DNA of 63,896 bases, filler included, from Vicugna vicugna (GCA_013265495.1; 71 parts of 69 records of this genome joined end to end with filler, not necessarily neighbours in it), one strand, 5' to 3'. Numbered from the whole stretch's first letter, positions 24,712 to 37,314 are shown. The notes: generated from the letters alone by a model not told the origin. Made by a program: numbers and translations.

Positions 24712-25127
24712 NNNNNNNNNNNNNNNNNNNNNNNNNNNNNNNNNNNNNNNNNNNNTTAATTAATTAANNNNNNNNNNNNNNNNNNNNNNNNNNNNNNNNN
24801 NNNNNNNNNNNATTTATTAAAGTTCCAATCATTTAATTCCCTTCTATAAAGCTGAATTTTTGAATGAAATTTTCAACTTCATTTCAACTTTCATTTTAAC
24901 CAGAACTTGGGTTGGCCAAGTTTTGTGCCTGTGTAATACAATATGCTTTAAAAATGTCGATTCATATTAATAAACCAGAAACAAAAGGACAACGAAGATT
25001 ATGCCACAGTAAGTAACTTGGATTCATATCCTCTGTTCATTAAATAAGGAATTTTGAAATGAGGTACTGAGATAGAAACTTGCACAGAGAAGGATGCTAA
25101 AGCTATGAAGACCAATGTGGTTTTTAT

Positions 25128-25275
25128 AAATTATTTTTTAAAATAAATTTACTGTGGTATAATTTCTGTAGAGTAGACTACACATATTTCAGACGTACAA
25201 TTTGATGAATTTTGACAGGCCGATAAACCAAGAAAACCATCACCACCTAACATTTCCATCACTCCCTGAGAGGGG
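25128..25275 (-). mobile_element. Old LINE-1 (L1M-type) 3' end
   Basis: TTTACTGTGGTATAATTT..GTACAATTTGATGAATTTTGACA..AACATTTCCATCACTCC resembles the L1M 3' UTR on the minus strand. Confidence 0.7.
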
Positions 25276-26211
25276 CAAACTTCCAACTCCCAATTTATCC
25301 CTTCTCACCCCCTTTACCAACATGGTTTTCAGAAGCTCTGCAGAGGGGACACTGAGCTCTGCAGAGGGACACTGGAGCTGAACCTCAAATGCTGGATATG
25401 GGTGGACACAAGGAAACCAAGTGGATATTCCAGGTGAGGGGACTTTGAGGGCAGAGGCTGGGTGCTGCACATTACGGGCAGAGTGATACAGGGCTAGGAC
25501 ATTAACCCAATGCTCTGGAGGCATGGGGATTTAGGCTGAAGAGAGGAAGGCAAATGCTGTTCATTCATTCAGGGAGTATTTTTTAAACCAACTCTTGTGN
25601 NNNNNNNNNNNNNNNNNNNNNNNNNNNNNNNNNNNNNNNNNNNTTAATTAATTAANNNNNNNNNNNNNNNNNNNNNNNNNNNNNNNNNNNNNNNNNNNNT
25701 ACCTAGTAAACAGATGTCGGCCATAATCATCATGCACTTTGCTCGGTAGTTTTATTGGCCCCAGTATTCAGATGAGGTCATTGAAGCTGTGGAGTTTGCT
25801 GCATGCCCGTGATTACCTTGGAAATAACCCCACTGGTCTTTCAACCTAGACTGGTGTGGCTGTCATGTCCCAGACCTGTGAATGTCATCATGTAGCTTCT
25901 CCCAAGCGGCCCAAATAACTGATATTGATATGCTTAATTCGTAGGAAATGGTATGTGACAATAAGAGAAAAAGGTAGTAAGAAATTGTTTGGAAAACTAG
26001 AAAAAAACCAATTCTTCCCCTGCTGGGGGAGCNNNNNNNNNNNNNNNNNNNNNNNNNNNNNNNNNNNNNNNNNNNNNNNNNNNNNNNNNNNNNNNNNNNN
26101 NNNNNNNNNNNNNNNNNNNNNNNNNNNNNNNNNNNNNNNNNNNNNNNNNNNNNNNNNNNNNCTCTCTGTCCCTGGTAAACTCTCTCTTCAAAGCCATTTA
26201 ATTTTTTGCAG

Positions 26212-26284
26212 ACTCCTCCGCTCAGATGTAAGACTAGCCTCTTTAAACTTCTTGATGCAGCTCCTTAATGAAGATCATGCAAAG
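26212..26284 (+). CDS. Candidate internal coding exon (LLRSDVRLASLNFLMQLLNEDHAK); gene unidentified
   Basis: Acceptor TTTTTTGCAG|, donor AAG|GTAACC, an open frame and an amphipathic helical peptide. Confidence 0.4.
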
Positions 26285-26482
26285 GTAACCTAGCCAAAAC
26301 CTGGGAGGTACGCACATAGTGACTGCAACCACAGCATTTTGTGAGTTCAGAATCAGAGGGGTGGGTGACCCAGGAAAGGCTTNNNNNNNNNNNNNNNNNN
26401 NNNNNNNNNNNNNNNNNNNNNNNNNNTTAATTAATTAANNNNNNNNNNNNNNNNNNNNNNNNNNNNNNNNNNNNNNNNNNNN

Positions 26483-26935
26483 CTAATCCACATGCTCACA
26501 ACTCAGAAACCCATGTTTGTCAAATCCATTATGGATGAATTATGTACAGAACCCGGGATATCATGTTGATGGAATCTATTCAAATTTCATATCACTATGG
26601 TAGATTACGCTCTAATAATTTTTTCTGGGGTCAAATTGTGATTATTGAAATTGGTGATAGGAAATGCTATGAAGTCAAAAATTCAAAGNNNNNNNNNNNN
26701 NNNNNNNNNNNNNNNNNNNNNNNNNNNNNNNNNNNNNNNNNNNNNNNNNNNNNNNNNNNNNNNNNNNNNCATGAAACATGTTCAGAATACGGAATGCCAT
26801 GGTTATGTAAACAATGTAAATTACATGTGTATTGGTGAGAATTCGCTCAAAGTGTGTTTTCTGGTGCCAAATGTCCGATTTTAGAACCTAATGATAGGAA
26901 AAACCTATGAAGTCAGAGTAAATATTTCTAAGTGT
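26483..26935 (-). repeat. Satellite D
   Basis: TAATCCACATGCTCACAACTCAGAAA is the reverse of the D motif. Confidence 0.92.
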
Positions 26936-27871
26936 NNNNNNNNNNNNNNNNNNNNNNNNNNNNNNNNNNNNNNNNNNNNTTAATTAATTAANNNNNNNNN
27001 NNNNNNNNNNNNNNNNNNNNNNNNNNNNNNNNNNNCAATAATAAATCAGCTCCAGTTAGAGCAGTAGTGATGACCGAGCAACCTCCAGACGTTAGAAATC
27101 TGTGTGTCCATACTTAACCAAGCTCACCTGCAGGGAATGTGGACCTGTCTCCAGTGTAGGTGTCCAGCTCATTTTTGTGGTCTGCTGCAGTCTGCTGCTC
27201 TGTGTGTGAGAGTCCACCCTGATCTCCGGCCTTTCTGCCAAACAGCCTCACCAAATTGGTTCTCAGATGGAGGCACTGCTGCTGTGATGTGACGTTTTAA
27301 AGAACAGAGCTCTGAATCTGTATATTCTCGTTTGGACAACAATTAGAATTACTCCACAAAGAAGTAAGATTCAGAACTGAACCTGTCCCTGCCCTATAAC
27401 TTTTGCACCTTTGGACGTAGCCAGTGCTCAATAAATTGAACCAAAGGTGAGTTTCATACCCTCCTTGTCACTGAGCCAACATTTTCAAAAGCCAGACTTC
27501 ACTTACAACTACCAGGAAGCATAGAAATCACGTTACACAACATCGCTGTTCTTAGATAGTCTCAAGGAAATTCCCTGCTATTACCAGGGAATAAATCTTC
27601 CTTCTCACAGTAATATTTTCTCCCCTACACTCAGGAATTATCCAGCATCCCTATACTGAAAGAGATGGAAGTTCTATGGAATCACTTGCTTAAGATTTTT
27701 GCTTTGGAAGCATTCTTGTCTATTTTCTGCAAAGAACTGAGGAAGAAATTTATCATGTTTTTCTTTGTATTNNNNNNNNNNNNNNNNNNNNNNNNNNNNN
27801 NNNNNNNNNNNNNNNTTAATTAATTAANNNNNNNNNNNNNNNNNNNNNNNNNNNNNNNNNNNNNNNNNNNN

Positions 27872-28390
27872 CAGAAATGCATGTTTGCTGAATCCGTTAT
27901 GCATGTAGCATGTTAGTAACCTGGAATGCAATGTTGATGGTATTCATGTAAATTACATATCTATTAGGTGGTAATCGCTCCAGAAGTATATTTCTGTGAA
28001 AAATGCACGAATTTGAAACTGGTATTAGGGAAAGCTTGTGAAAATGTGTACACGTTTCTAATGAAAATATTCCTNNNNNNNNNNNNNNNNNNNNNNNNNN
28101 NNNNNNNNNNNNNNNNNNNNNNNNNNNNNNNNNNNNNNNNNNNNNNNNNNNNNNNNNNNNNNNNNNNNNNNNNNNNNNNNNNTAGATGGAATCTATTCAA
28201 ATTACATATCTCTAGGTTAGAATTCGCTCCAAGAGGGTTTTTCAGGGATCAAAGTGTGATTCTTGACACTGGTGATAGAAAGAAGCAACCAAGTCAAAGT
28301 ATATATTTTAAAGTGCATAGGTACTTGTTTGGTGGTTGTAACAAGAGTCATGCGCATGTACACAACTCAGAAATGCATGTTTGAGGAATC
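27872..28390 (-). repeat. Satellite D
   Basis: Reverse D motifs, e.g. GCATGTAGCATG and GAATTCGCTCCAAGAGGG. Confidence 0.92.
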
Positions 28391-28490
28391 NNNNNNNNNN
28401 NNNNNNNNNNNNNNNNNNNNNNNNNNNNNNNNNNTTAATTAATTAANNNNNNNNNNNNNNNNNNNNNNNNNNNNNNNNNNNNNNNNNNNN

Positions 28491-29235
28491 TCAAAGTGTG
28501 ATTCTTGAAAATGGTGACAGGGAGAAACAATGAAGCCTTAGTAAATATTTCAAAGAGAATTAGTACCCTGTTATGGCTGAAACAGCTGTCATGCGCATGT
28601 TCACAACTCAGAAATGCATGTTTAAGGAATCCGTGTTGCATGAAACATGTTCAGTATACGGAATTCCATGGTTATGTAAACAAATTAAATTATATGTGTA
28701 TTGGTGGGAATNNNNNNNNNNNNNNNNNNNNNNNNNNNNNNNNNNNNNNNNNNNNNNNNNNNNNNNNNNNNNNNNNNNNNNNNNNNNNNNNNNNNNNNNN
28801 NNNNNNNNNNNNNNNNNNNNNNNNNNNNNNNNNNNNNNNNNNNNNNNNNNNNNNNNNNNNNNNNNNNNNNNNNNNNNNNNNNNNNNNNNNNNNNNNNNNN
28901 NNNNNNNNNNNNNNNNNNNNNNNNNNNNNNNNNNNNNNNNNNNNNNNNNNNNNNNNNNNNNNNNNNNNNNNNNNNNNNNNNNNNNNNNNNNNNNNNNNNN
29001 NNNNNNNNNNNNNNNNNNNNNNNNNNNNNNNNNNNGTCTAGATGAAATCATTCCTTTTATAGAGGATGAAAGATCAGTAATCCACATGCTCTCATCTCAG
29101 GAATGCATGTTTGTCGAATCCGTCATGCATGTAGCATGTTCCGATCACGAAATATCATTTAGATGAAATCTTTTCAAATTATATCTCTCAAGGGTAGAAT
29201 TCACTCCAAGAGGGTTTTTCTGGTATCAAAATGTG
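28491..29235 (-). repeat. Satellite D
   Basis: GGATGAAAGATCAGTAATCCACATGCTC. Confidence 0.92.
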
Positions 29236-29335
29236 NNNNNNNNNNNNNNNNNNNNNNNNNNNNNNNNNNNNNNNNNNNNTTAATTAATTAANNNNNNNNN
29301 NNNNNNNNNNNNNNNNNNNNNNNNNNNNNNNNNNN

Positions 29336-30684
29336 AAATCCCACTTTGAACCGCACTCCAGCTTACACAATCCATCAGGGTATATAGGTTAAGGATTCTC
29401 TAGAACACTGGCACTGCGGTCAGTTGGAGGATCTTTCCCAATTCAGGATTCCAGAAGCCAGTCTTGTGGGAGGGGGATTTCTGTATCCCCACTCCACGTA
29501 GATGGATGTGGGCACAGGTGTTCACNNNNNNNNNNNNNNNNNNNNNNNNNNNNNNNNNNNNNNNNNNNNNNNNNNNNNNNNNNNNNNNNNNNNNNNNNNN
29601 NNNNNNNNNNNNNNNNNNNNNNNNNNNNNNNNNNNNNNNNNNNNNNNNNNNNNNNNNNNNNNNNNNNNNNNNNNNNNNNNNNNNNNNNNNNNNNNNNNNN
29701 NNNNNNNNNNNNNNNNNNNNNNNNNNNNNNNNNNNNNNNNNNNNNNNNNNNNNNNNNNNNNNNNNNNNNNNNNNNNNNNNNNNNNNNNNNNNNNNNNNNN
29801 NNNNNNNNNNNNNNNNNNNNNNNNNNNNNNNNNNNNNNNNNNNNNNNNNNNNNNNNNNNNNNNNNNNNNNNNNNNNNNNNNNNNNNNNNNNNNNNNNNNN
29901 NNNNNNNNNNNNNNNNNNNNNNNNNNNNNNNNNNNNNNNNNNNNNNNNNNNNNNNNNNNNNNNNNNNNNNNNNNNNNNNNNNNNNNNNNNNNNNNNNNNN
30001 NNNNNNNNNNNNNNNNNNNNNNNNNNNNNNNNNNNNNNNNNNNNNNNNNNNNNNNNNNNNNNNNNNNNNNNNNNNNNNNNNNNNNNNNNNNNNNNNNNNN
30101 NNNNNNNNNNNNNNNNNNNNNNNNNNNNNNNNNNNNNNNNNNNNNNNNNNNNNNNNNNNNNNNNNNNNNNNNNNNNNNNNNNNNNNNNNNNNNNNNNNNN
30201 NNNNNNNNNNNNNNNNNNNNNNNNNNNNNNNNNNNNNNNNNNNNNNNNNNNNNNNNNNNNNNNNNNNNNNNNNNNNNNNNNNNNNNNNNNNNNNNNNNNN
30301 NNNNNNNNNNNNNNNNNNNNNNNNNNNNNNNNNNNNNNNNNNNNNNNNNNNNNNNNNNNNNNNNNNNNNNNNNNNNNNNNNNNNNNNNNNNNNNNNNNNN
30401 NNNNNNNNNNNNNNNNNNNNNNNNNNNNNNNNNNNNNNNNNNNNNNACCCAGGTGCTACTGTCTGTTGGAGGAAGCTCCCCACAGTCAGAACACCAGAAC
30501 ACTTCTTCCTGTGTTTGCTGGAAGTGGGGAAACATAGCACACGCATTTTTCAGGGGGCACAGTTATTCCATGTTTGTGGGTTGTAGGTTAAACACGCACA
30601 TCCCATGGAAAGGCTCTCGCTACTACTTGGTTTAGAGCAAAGTCCCAACTTTCCCCCGCACACCGGCCTTGGCAATCCACCATG
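29336..30684 (+). repeat. Satellite B (gapped)
   Basis: 29392-29525 closely matches 50798-50930, and 30644-30684 matches 998-1038. Confidence 0.88.
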
Positions 30685-30784
30685 NNNNNNNNNNNNNNNN
30701 NNNNNNNNNNNNNNNNNNNNNNNNNNNNTTAATTAATTAANNNNNNNNNNNNNNNNNNNNNNNNNNNNNNNNNNNNNNNNNNNN

Positions 30785-31296
30785 GAGCGAATTCTACCCC
30801 AGAGATACGTAATTTGAATAGATTCCATCAAAATGATATTCCGTTTACCGTAATTGCTACATGAATGACGGATTCGGCAAACATGCATTCCTGAGTTGAG
30901 AGCATGTGGATTACTGATCTTTCATCCTCTATAAAAGGAATGTTTACACTGAGACACGTGTACACATTTTCACAATTTTTCCCTATCACCAGTTTCGAAT
31001 TCGTGACATTTTTCACAGAAAAATACTTCTGAAGCGATTTCCGCCTAACAGATTTGTAACTTACATGAATTCCATCAACATGGTATTCTGGGTTCCGTAC
31101 ATGCTACATGCATGACGGATTCGGCAAACATGCGTTTCTGACTTGTGAGCATGAGGATTACTGATCTTTCATCCACCGGAACACGCATATATACACTTAG
31201 AAATATTTACTCTTACTTCATAGGACTTTTCTATCACCAGGATCTAAAATTGGTCATTTGGAACCAGAAAAACCCTTTGAGCGAATTCTCACCAAT
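30785..31296 (+). repeat. Satellite D
   Basis: Two subunits with the GAGCATG.GGATTACTGATCTTTCATCC motif ~247 bp apart. Confidence 0.93.
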
Positions 31297-31973
31297 NNNN
31301 NNNNNNNNNNNNNNNNNNNNNNNNNNNNNNNNNNNNNNNNTTAATTAATTAANNNNNNNNNNNNNNNNNNNNNNNNNNNNNNNNNNNNNNNNNNNNGGTG
31401 TGTGTGAAAATGCAAGGTTCTAGGTCGGTCAAGGCATCTCCTTTCACGGCTGACTGGGGTGTTGGGGACTCACTACCGCAAACTGACGACACGGCCATCA
31501 GTGGTGGACGTCAGCTGCAACAGACACAGAGTCAGCTACTTAATGCCAACATGGGTTAAAATTAAAGGCTATTGCAGGGAGGCCTGCACAGCTGCTTAAG
31601 CAAACTACAGACCAGGCTCTGAATGCCCACTGGCTGAAGCAGCGAGGAAGCTACGGTCCCCGTTAGTGGTCCCAGTGTCCAACAGATCCAAGAAACTACT
31701 CAGCAGAAGGCCACATTGTCCTGATACTGAGAGAAACCAGCGTCGTAAAGGGAACAAAAGAGTGACATGGACTTTAGACCCAGTTCTGCCCCTTTATGAA
31801 GGCAAAGTAAAGTAAATGGCATTGGGAAGGCAAAGGCAAAAGAAAACTGCTTCCTCCAACAGCGCCCCTTGTGGGCTGCTCACCACCCCAGCCTTCCACG
31901 TCCTCCCCAGTGACCGCCGGCCAGGAAGCGCCGTCAGGCCCGTTACACAGCGACGGCCAGGAACCGCGTGCGA

Positions 31974-32232
31974 GTAAAAGCCAGAATCAAGCAAGGTACT
32001 GCAGACTTTGACTTTCCAAGTGAAAATATCCATGAAAAACCTCCACAGATGCCACCTAAATCAATTCGCATCTCACTTCCTCAAAACAAACAAGCAAAAT
32101 TAATAATGGCTCATTTGTGACCAATATAATGAGGACCAAACAGGCTCCTCCAAGAAAGGATTTTAACAGGTATCAAACAACAGTGCATGATGTGTTAACA
32201 AAGCAAAAATTCCAAAACATTAGAAAATAATA
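31974..32232 (+). repeat. Unidentified duplicated segment, copy 1 (paralog at 33830-34090)
   Basis: GTAAAAGCCAGAATCAAGCAAGGT..CCTAAATCAATTCGCATCTCA..TTTAACAGGTATCAAAC is colinear in both scaffolds, with many differences. Confidence 0.85.
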
Positions 32233-32879
32233 NNNNNNNNNNNNNNNNNNNNNNNNNNNNNNNNNNNNNNNNNNNNTTAATTAATTAANNNNNNNNNNNN
32301 NNNNNNNNNNNNNNNNNNNNNNNNNNNNNNNNGTGTCCTCGGTGCCGTACCGTGCCAGTGCCATCCAAAATGTAGCACCCGCTTTTGGGAGATAGTGCTC
32401 AAGGAAATGCTTCCTCTTCTCATGCTGTGGACTTGGACCACTATTCCTTGTCCTCTCATCCTTGTGGCACGGGTGCACGAAGGCAACCACAGAGCTGTTG
32501 CGCATCCTGGGCCTCAAACCAAACCATAATCCCAGCCCAGGTTATGAATGTAGCAGATCCTAAGGCTTTTCATTCTGATTACAAGGCCCCCTGGATTCCT
32601 CAGACCAGATGCACGATAGCTCTGATTCAGCCCCACACGTGCTCTATTGGCAAAATGCCCAATTGGTCCCTGTCCTGCAGATGCACTGGGTGTGACCAAG
32701 GGACATATCGGTAATCTCAACAACGCGACCAGTATGGTTGCTTTATCATTGGTACCCAGTTCGGTTTGCTCTCTTGATTNNNNNNNNNNNNNNNNNNNNN
32801 NNNNNNNNNNNNNNNNNNNNNNNTTAATTAATTAANNNNNNNNNNNNNNNNNNNNNNNNNNNNNNNNNNNNNNNNNNNN

Positions 32880-33723
32880 CTTCATACCGGCACTAGGAAA
32901 GAGACTGAGAAACCAGAGTAATGGATTCTCCTGCAACTCGTTCCGTTTGTGCTGGGTGAACGAAAGTCTCTCCACATGCTCAGTTCTGAGATAAAGGTGT
33001 GTGTGAAAGCCGTCCTTCACCTAGGTCGAAGGGAATACAAAGTTTCTTTTCAGTTGCAAACTGCACTCCATACATATATATGGGGAGGTACAAGCTCCAA
33101 CTCGGTTTTACAGTGAAAACGGCAGACACTTCAAACTGGCACTAGGAAACAGACTGAGAAACCAGTGTAAGGGTTTCTCCTGNNNNNNNNNNNNNNNNNN
33201 NNNNNNNNNNNNNNNNNNNNNNNNNNNNNNNNNNNNNNNNNNNNNNNNNNNNNNNNNNNNNNNNNNNNNNNNNNNNNNNNNNNNNNNNNNNNNNNNNNNN
33301 NNNNNNNNNNNNNNNNNNNNNNNNNNNNNNNNNNNNNNNNNNNNNNNNNNNNNNNNNNNNNNNNNNNNNNNNNNNNNNNNNNNNNNNNNNNNNNNNNNNN
33401 NNNNNNNNNNNNNNNNNNNNNNNNNNNNNNNNNNNNNNNNNNNNNNNNNNNNNNNNNNNNNNNNNNNNNNNNNNNNNNNNNNNNNNNNNNNNNNNNNNNN
33501 NNNNNNNNNNNNNNNNNNNNNNNNNNNNNNNNNNNNNNNNNNNNNNNNNNNNNNNNNNNNNNNNNNNNNNNNNGTACAATCTCCAACTCGGTTTCTACAG
33601 TGAAAACGGCACGCACTTCAAAGCGGCACTAGGAAAAAGACTGAGAAACCAGAGTAAACGTTTCTACTGCAACCCGTTCTTTGAGCTGGATGAACGAACG
33701 TTTCTCCACATGCTCAGTTCTGA
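32880..33723 (-). repeat. Satellite E (~249-bp monomer)
   Basis: GGCACTAGGAAA.AGACTGAGAAACCAG is repeated 249 bp apart. Confidence 0.94.
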
Positions 33724-33829
33724 NNNNNNNNNNNNNNNNNNNNNNNNNNNNNNNNNNNNNNNNNNNNTTAATTAATTAANNNNNNNNNNNNNNNNNNNNN
33801 NNNNNNNNNNNNNNNNNNNNNNNGTTTGT

Positions 33830-34090
33830 GTAAAAGCCAGAATCAAGCAAGGTGCTGCAGATTTTGACTTTCCAAGTTTAAATACTCCATGAAAAAAATC
33901 CCTCAGCAGCCGCCTAAATCAATTCGCATCTCATTTCTCCAAAACAAATAAACAAAATTAGTAAGAGAGCATTTGTTACCAAATATAAGGACGAACAAAC
34001 AGGTTCCTCAAAGCAAGGACTTTAACAGGTATCAAACTCCAGTAGGTGATGTGCTAACAGAGCAAAAATTCCAAAAAGCTAGAAAATAAG
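33830..34090 (+). repeat. Unidentified duplicated segment, copy 2
   Basis: Colinear with 31974-32232. Confidence 0.85.
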
Positions 34091-34664
34091 AAGATGACTA
34101 GGATAATATATGATTCATGGCAACTGTTAAGTTTTTGCTTTTTAAAGCGATGGAGACGGCACAGAGGGCGATCTGGCTATTCCAATGCAGGGTGTGCACA
34201 GCCCACATTTTCAGACCCAACAACATGCTCACAGGGTGGTATAAGAGAAAAAGGAAAATAGAAANNNNNNNNNNNNNNNNNNNNNNNNNNNNNNACGAGA
34301 ACAAAAATAACTGACAGCATTTACAAGAAATTACGTGAGTGTGATGAGGACAGGGACGCGGGGACGGTGAGACCCACCCTCACCTCCTGATCCAGGGAAG
34401 GCAGGGGCCTGAGGGGAGCGGCGCTGCCGGGGGACCCCAACGTGGTCAGCGCCCCAAACCAAAACTTCACCCAGATGTGTGTAGACAGCTTTTGAGCTAC
34501 AAAATGTGTTCACATTGCAAGCTGGACAATTTTACTCACTCCCACCAAGAGGAACAGGGGAGNNNNNNNNNNNNNNNNNNNNNNNNNNNNNNNNNNNNNN
34601 NNNNNNTTAATTAATTAANNNNNNNNNNNNNNNNNNNNNNNNNNNNNNNNNNNNNNNNNNNNTT

Positions 34665-35270
34665 GAAGACAGGGGAACACAAATCCCTCGGTCAGAAGCA
34701 CACATAGTTAAGCAAGTGCAAACCAATGAAAACATTGCTGTTGAAACCTGGTTGAAGACAAGGCATGAAAGACTAAAATTCGAAAGAGTCCCAGATGGAA
34801 AAGCAAGAGATAAAGAAACAAACAATGTTTGAAAAGTTATGTGTANNNNNNNNNNNNNNNNNNNNNNNNNNNNNNNNNNNNNNNNNNNNNNNNNNNNNNT
34901 CAGGAAGTACACAGCGTCCAAAAGAGGTGGAATCCCAATAGACTTAGCAGCAGCTGTATGATCCAAATCAACAAAGTTCATGAGCATCCCAGTGATTTAA
35001 AATGCGCCTGGAGGAAAGCAACATAGTCACAAGAGAACCTCCAGAGGGGTTTCAGCTGCTATCTCAGCAGCAATATTGCAATACAGGGAGGAGTGCCAGG
35101 ACATAGTCCATAGCTTGAATGGCAAAATGCTGCCATCAAGGGTAGCCTATGCCAGATGACCACCATTTCTAATAACAGCAGAGCTAGAGAATGCCACAGA
35201 CCTGCAAATCTTAAAAGAATTCAGCAGTTCGAATCTTATCCTAAATGAAAGGTTCAGAAATCTCCCCTGA
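34665..35270 (+). mobile_element. Highly diverged LINE-1 ORF1 remnant (end of coiled coil, RRM and CTD)
   Basis: EDRGTQIPRSE..NENIAVETW..RVPDGKARDKE; QEVHSVQKRWNPNR; GVSAAISAAILQYREECQDIVHSLNGKMLPSRVAY; ENATDLQILKEFS are colinear with the L1 ORF1p motifs EDR..NE..LWD..GVPEGEEREK, QEAQRVP..NP.R, RLSADFSAETLQARREW..LNGK..PRILYP and KQKLKEF. Stops and frameshifts are present. Confidence 0.8.
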
Positions 35271-35473
35271 ATGGATAAACAGCAAGATGAAATGGAAAGA
35301 AGAAAACCCTTATTGAAAATGCAAGTATAGCTTGAGTGGAAAAGAAGAAACAAGAAGAAGGCAAGGAGGACATNNNNNNNNNNNNNNNNNNNNNNNNNNN
35401 NNNNNNNNNNNNNNNNNTTAATTAATTAANNNNNNNNNNNNNNNNNNNNNNNNNNNNNNNNNNNNNNNNNNNN

Positions 35474-35949
35474 AGCCGTCCTTCACCTAGCTTGAATGGA
35501 ACACAAAGTTTATTTTCATTTGCAAATTCCACTCCACACATATGTATGGGGAGGAACAATGTCCAACTCGGTTTTACAGTGAAAACGGCAGGCACTTCAA
35601 ACCGGCACTAGGAAACAGACTGAGAAACCAATGTAAGGGTTTCTCCTGCAACCCGTTCCCTTTGTGCTGGATGAACGAACGTCTCATCAGTTCTGAGAGA
35701 TAAGTGTGTGTGAAAGCCGTCCTTAAACTAGCTTGAAGGGAACACAAAGTTTCTGTTCAGTTCCAAACTCCACTCCATACATATATATGAGGAGGTATAA
35801 GCTCCAACTCGGTTTTACAGTGAAAACGGCATGCACATCAAACCGGCACTAGGAAACAGATTGAGAACCCAGAATAAGGGTTTCTTCTGCAAACCGTTCC
35901 TTTTTGCTAGATGAACGAACGTCTCTTCACATGCTCAGTTCTGAGAGAT
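35474..35949 (-). repeat. Satellite E
   Basis: About two units; CTCCAACTCGGTTTTACAGTGAAAACGGCA. Confidence 0.94.
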
Positions 35950-36049
35950 NNNNNNNNNNNNNNNNNNNNNNNNNNNNNNNNNNNNNNNNNNNNTTAATTA
36001 ATTAANNNNNNNNNNNNNNNNNNNNNNNNNNNNNNNNNNNNNNNNNNNN

Positions 36050-37214
36050 CTAGGGGGTTTTGCAGGAAATCCCAGTGACAGGGCTGCCTCCCCATGGTCA
36101 GGGAAGTTATTTCTCGGAGTTTCCCGAGCAGGGAACACCTGTGAATGAAGAGAGCTGCGTGGTGTTGTCTCTCGATCTCCCCCACTCAATGACATTGTTT
36201 CCGGAATCCTGAGCGTGGGGAGGTTCCACCAACTGTCGACAGGGCTTGGGTTCTAAGGGAATGCCTGTGCTCGACTCCCCTGAGTGTTTTCCTCATGTCT
36301 CTGTGCCAGGGAATGCTAGGGATTTTGCAGGAAATCCCAGTTGCAGAGGCTGCCTCCCCAAGGTCAGGGAAGTTGTTTCTCGGACTTCCCGTGCAGCGAA
36401 CACCTGTGACTGAAAAGAGCTGCGTGGAGTTGNNNNNNNNNNNNNNNNNNNNNNNNNNNNNNNNNNNNNNNNNNNNNNNNNNNNNNNNNNNNNNNNNNNN
36501 NNNNNNNNNNNNNNNNNNNNNNNNNNNNNNNNNNNNNNNNNNNNNNNNNNNNNNNNNNNNNNNNNNNNNNNNNNNNNNNNNNNNNNNNNNNNNNNNNNNN
36601 NNNNNNNNNNNNNNNNNNNNNNNNNNNNNNNNNNNNNNNNNNNNNNNNNNNNNNNNNNNNNNNNNNNNNNNNNNNNNNNNNNNNNNNNNNNNNNNGAGTT
36701 GTCTCTCGAGCTCCCCCACTCAATGACAATGGTTCCGGAATCCTGAGCGTGTGGAGGTTAGGTCAACGGTCGGCAGCGCATGAGTTCTAACGGAATGCCT
36801 GTGCTCGTCTCCCCTGAGTGTTTTCTTAATGTCTCTGTTCCAGGGAATGCTAGGGGTTGTTGCAGGAAATTCCAGTGACCGAGGCTGCCTCCCCAAGATC
36901 AGGGAAGTTATTTCCCGGACTTCCCCGAGCAGGGTACACCTGTGACTTAAGTGAGCTGCGTGGAGTTGTCTCTCGAGCTCCCCCACTCAATGACAATGGT
37001 TCCGGAATCCTGAGCGTGTGGAGGTTAGGTCAACGGTCGGCAGCGCATGAGTTCTAACGGAATGCCTGTGCTCGTCTCCCCTGAGTGTTTTCCACATGTC
37101 TCTGTGCCAGGGAATGCAAGGGGGGGTTGCAGGAAATCCCAGTGACAGAGGATTCCTCCCCAAGTCCAGGGAAGTTATTTCCCGGACTTCCCCGAGCAGG
37201 GTACACCTGTGACT
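36050..37214 (-). repeat. Satellite A, subfamily 2 (CCCCACTCAATGAC; GAATGCCTGTGCTCG)
   Basis: 267-bp tandem units with diagnostic variants shared with 48818-49582. Confidence 0.95.
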
Positions 37215-37314
37215 NNNNNNNNNNNNNNNNNNNNNNNNNNNNNNNNNNNNNNNNNNNNTTAATTAATTAANNNNNNNNNNNNNNNNNNNNNNNNNNNNNN
37301 NNNNNNNNNNNNNN

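Noticed and set aside
25334..25374. Short tandem duplications (21-bp period here; similar ones at ~10153-10186 and ~38237-38286)
   Set aside because: These are ordinary slippage duplications or assembly overlaps, with no array structure.
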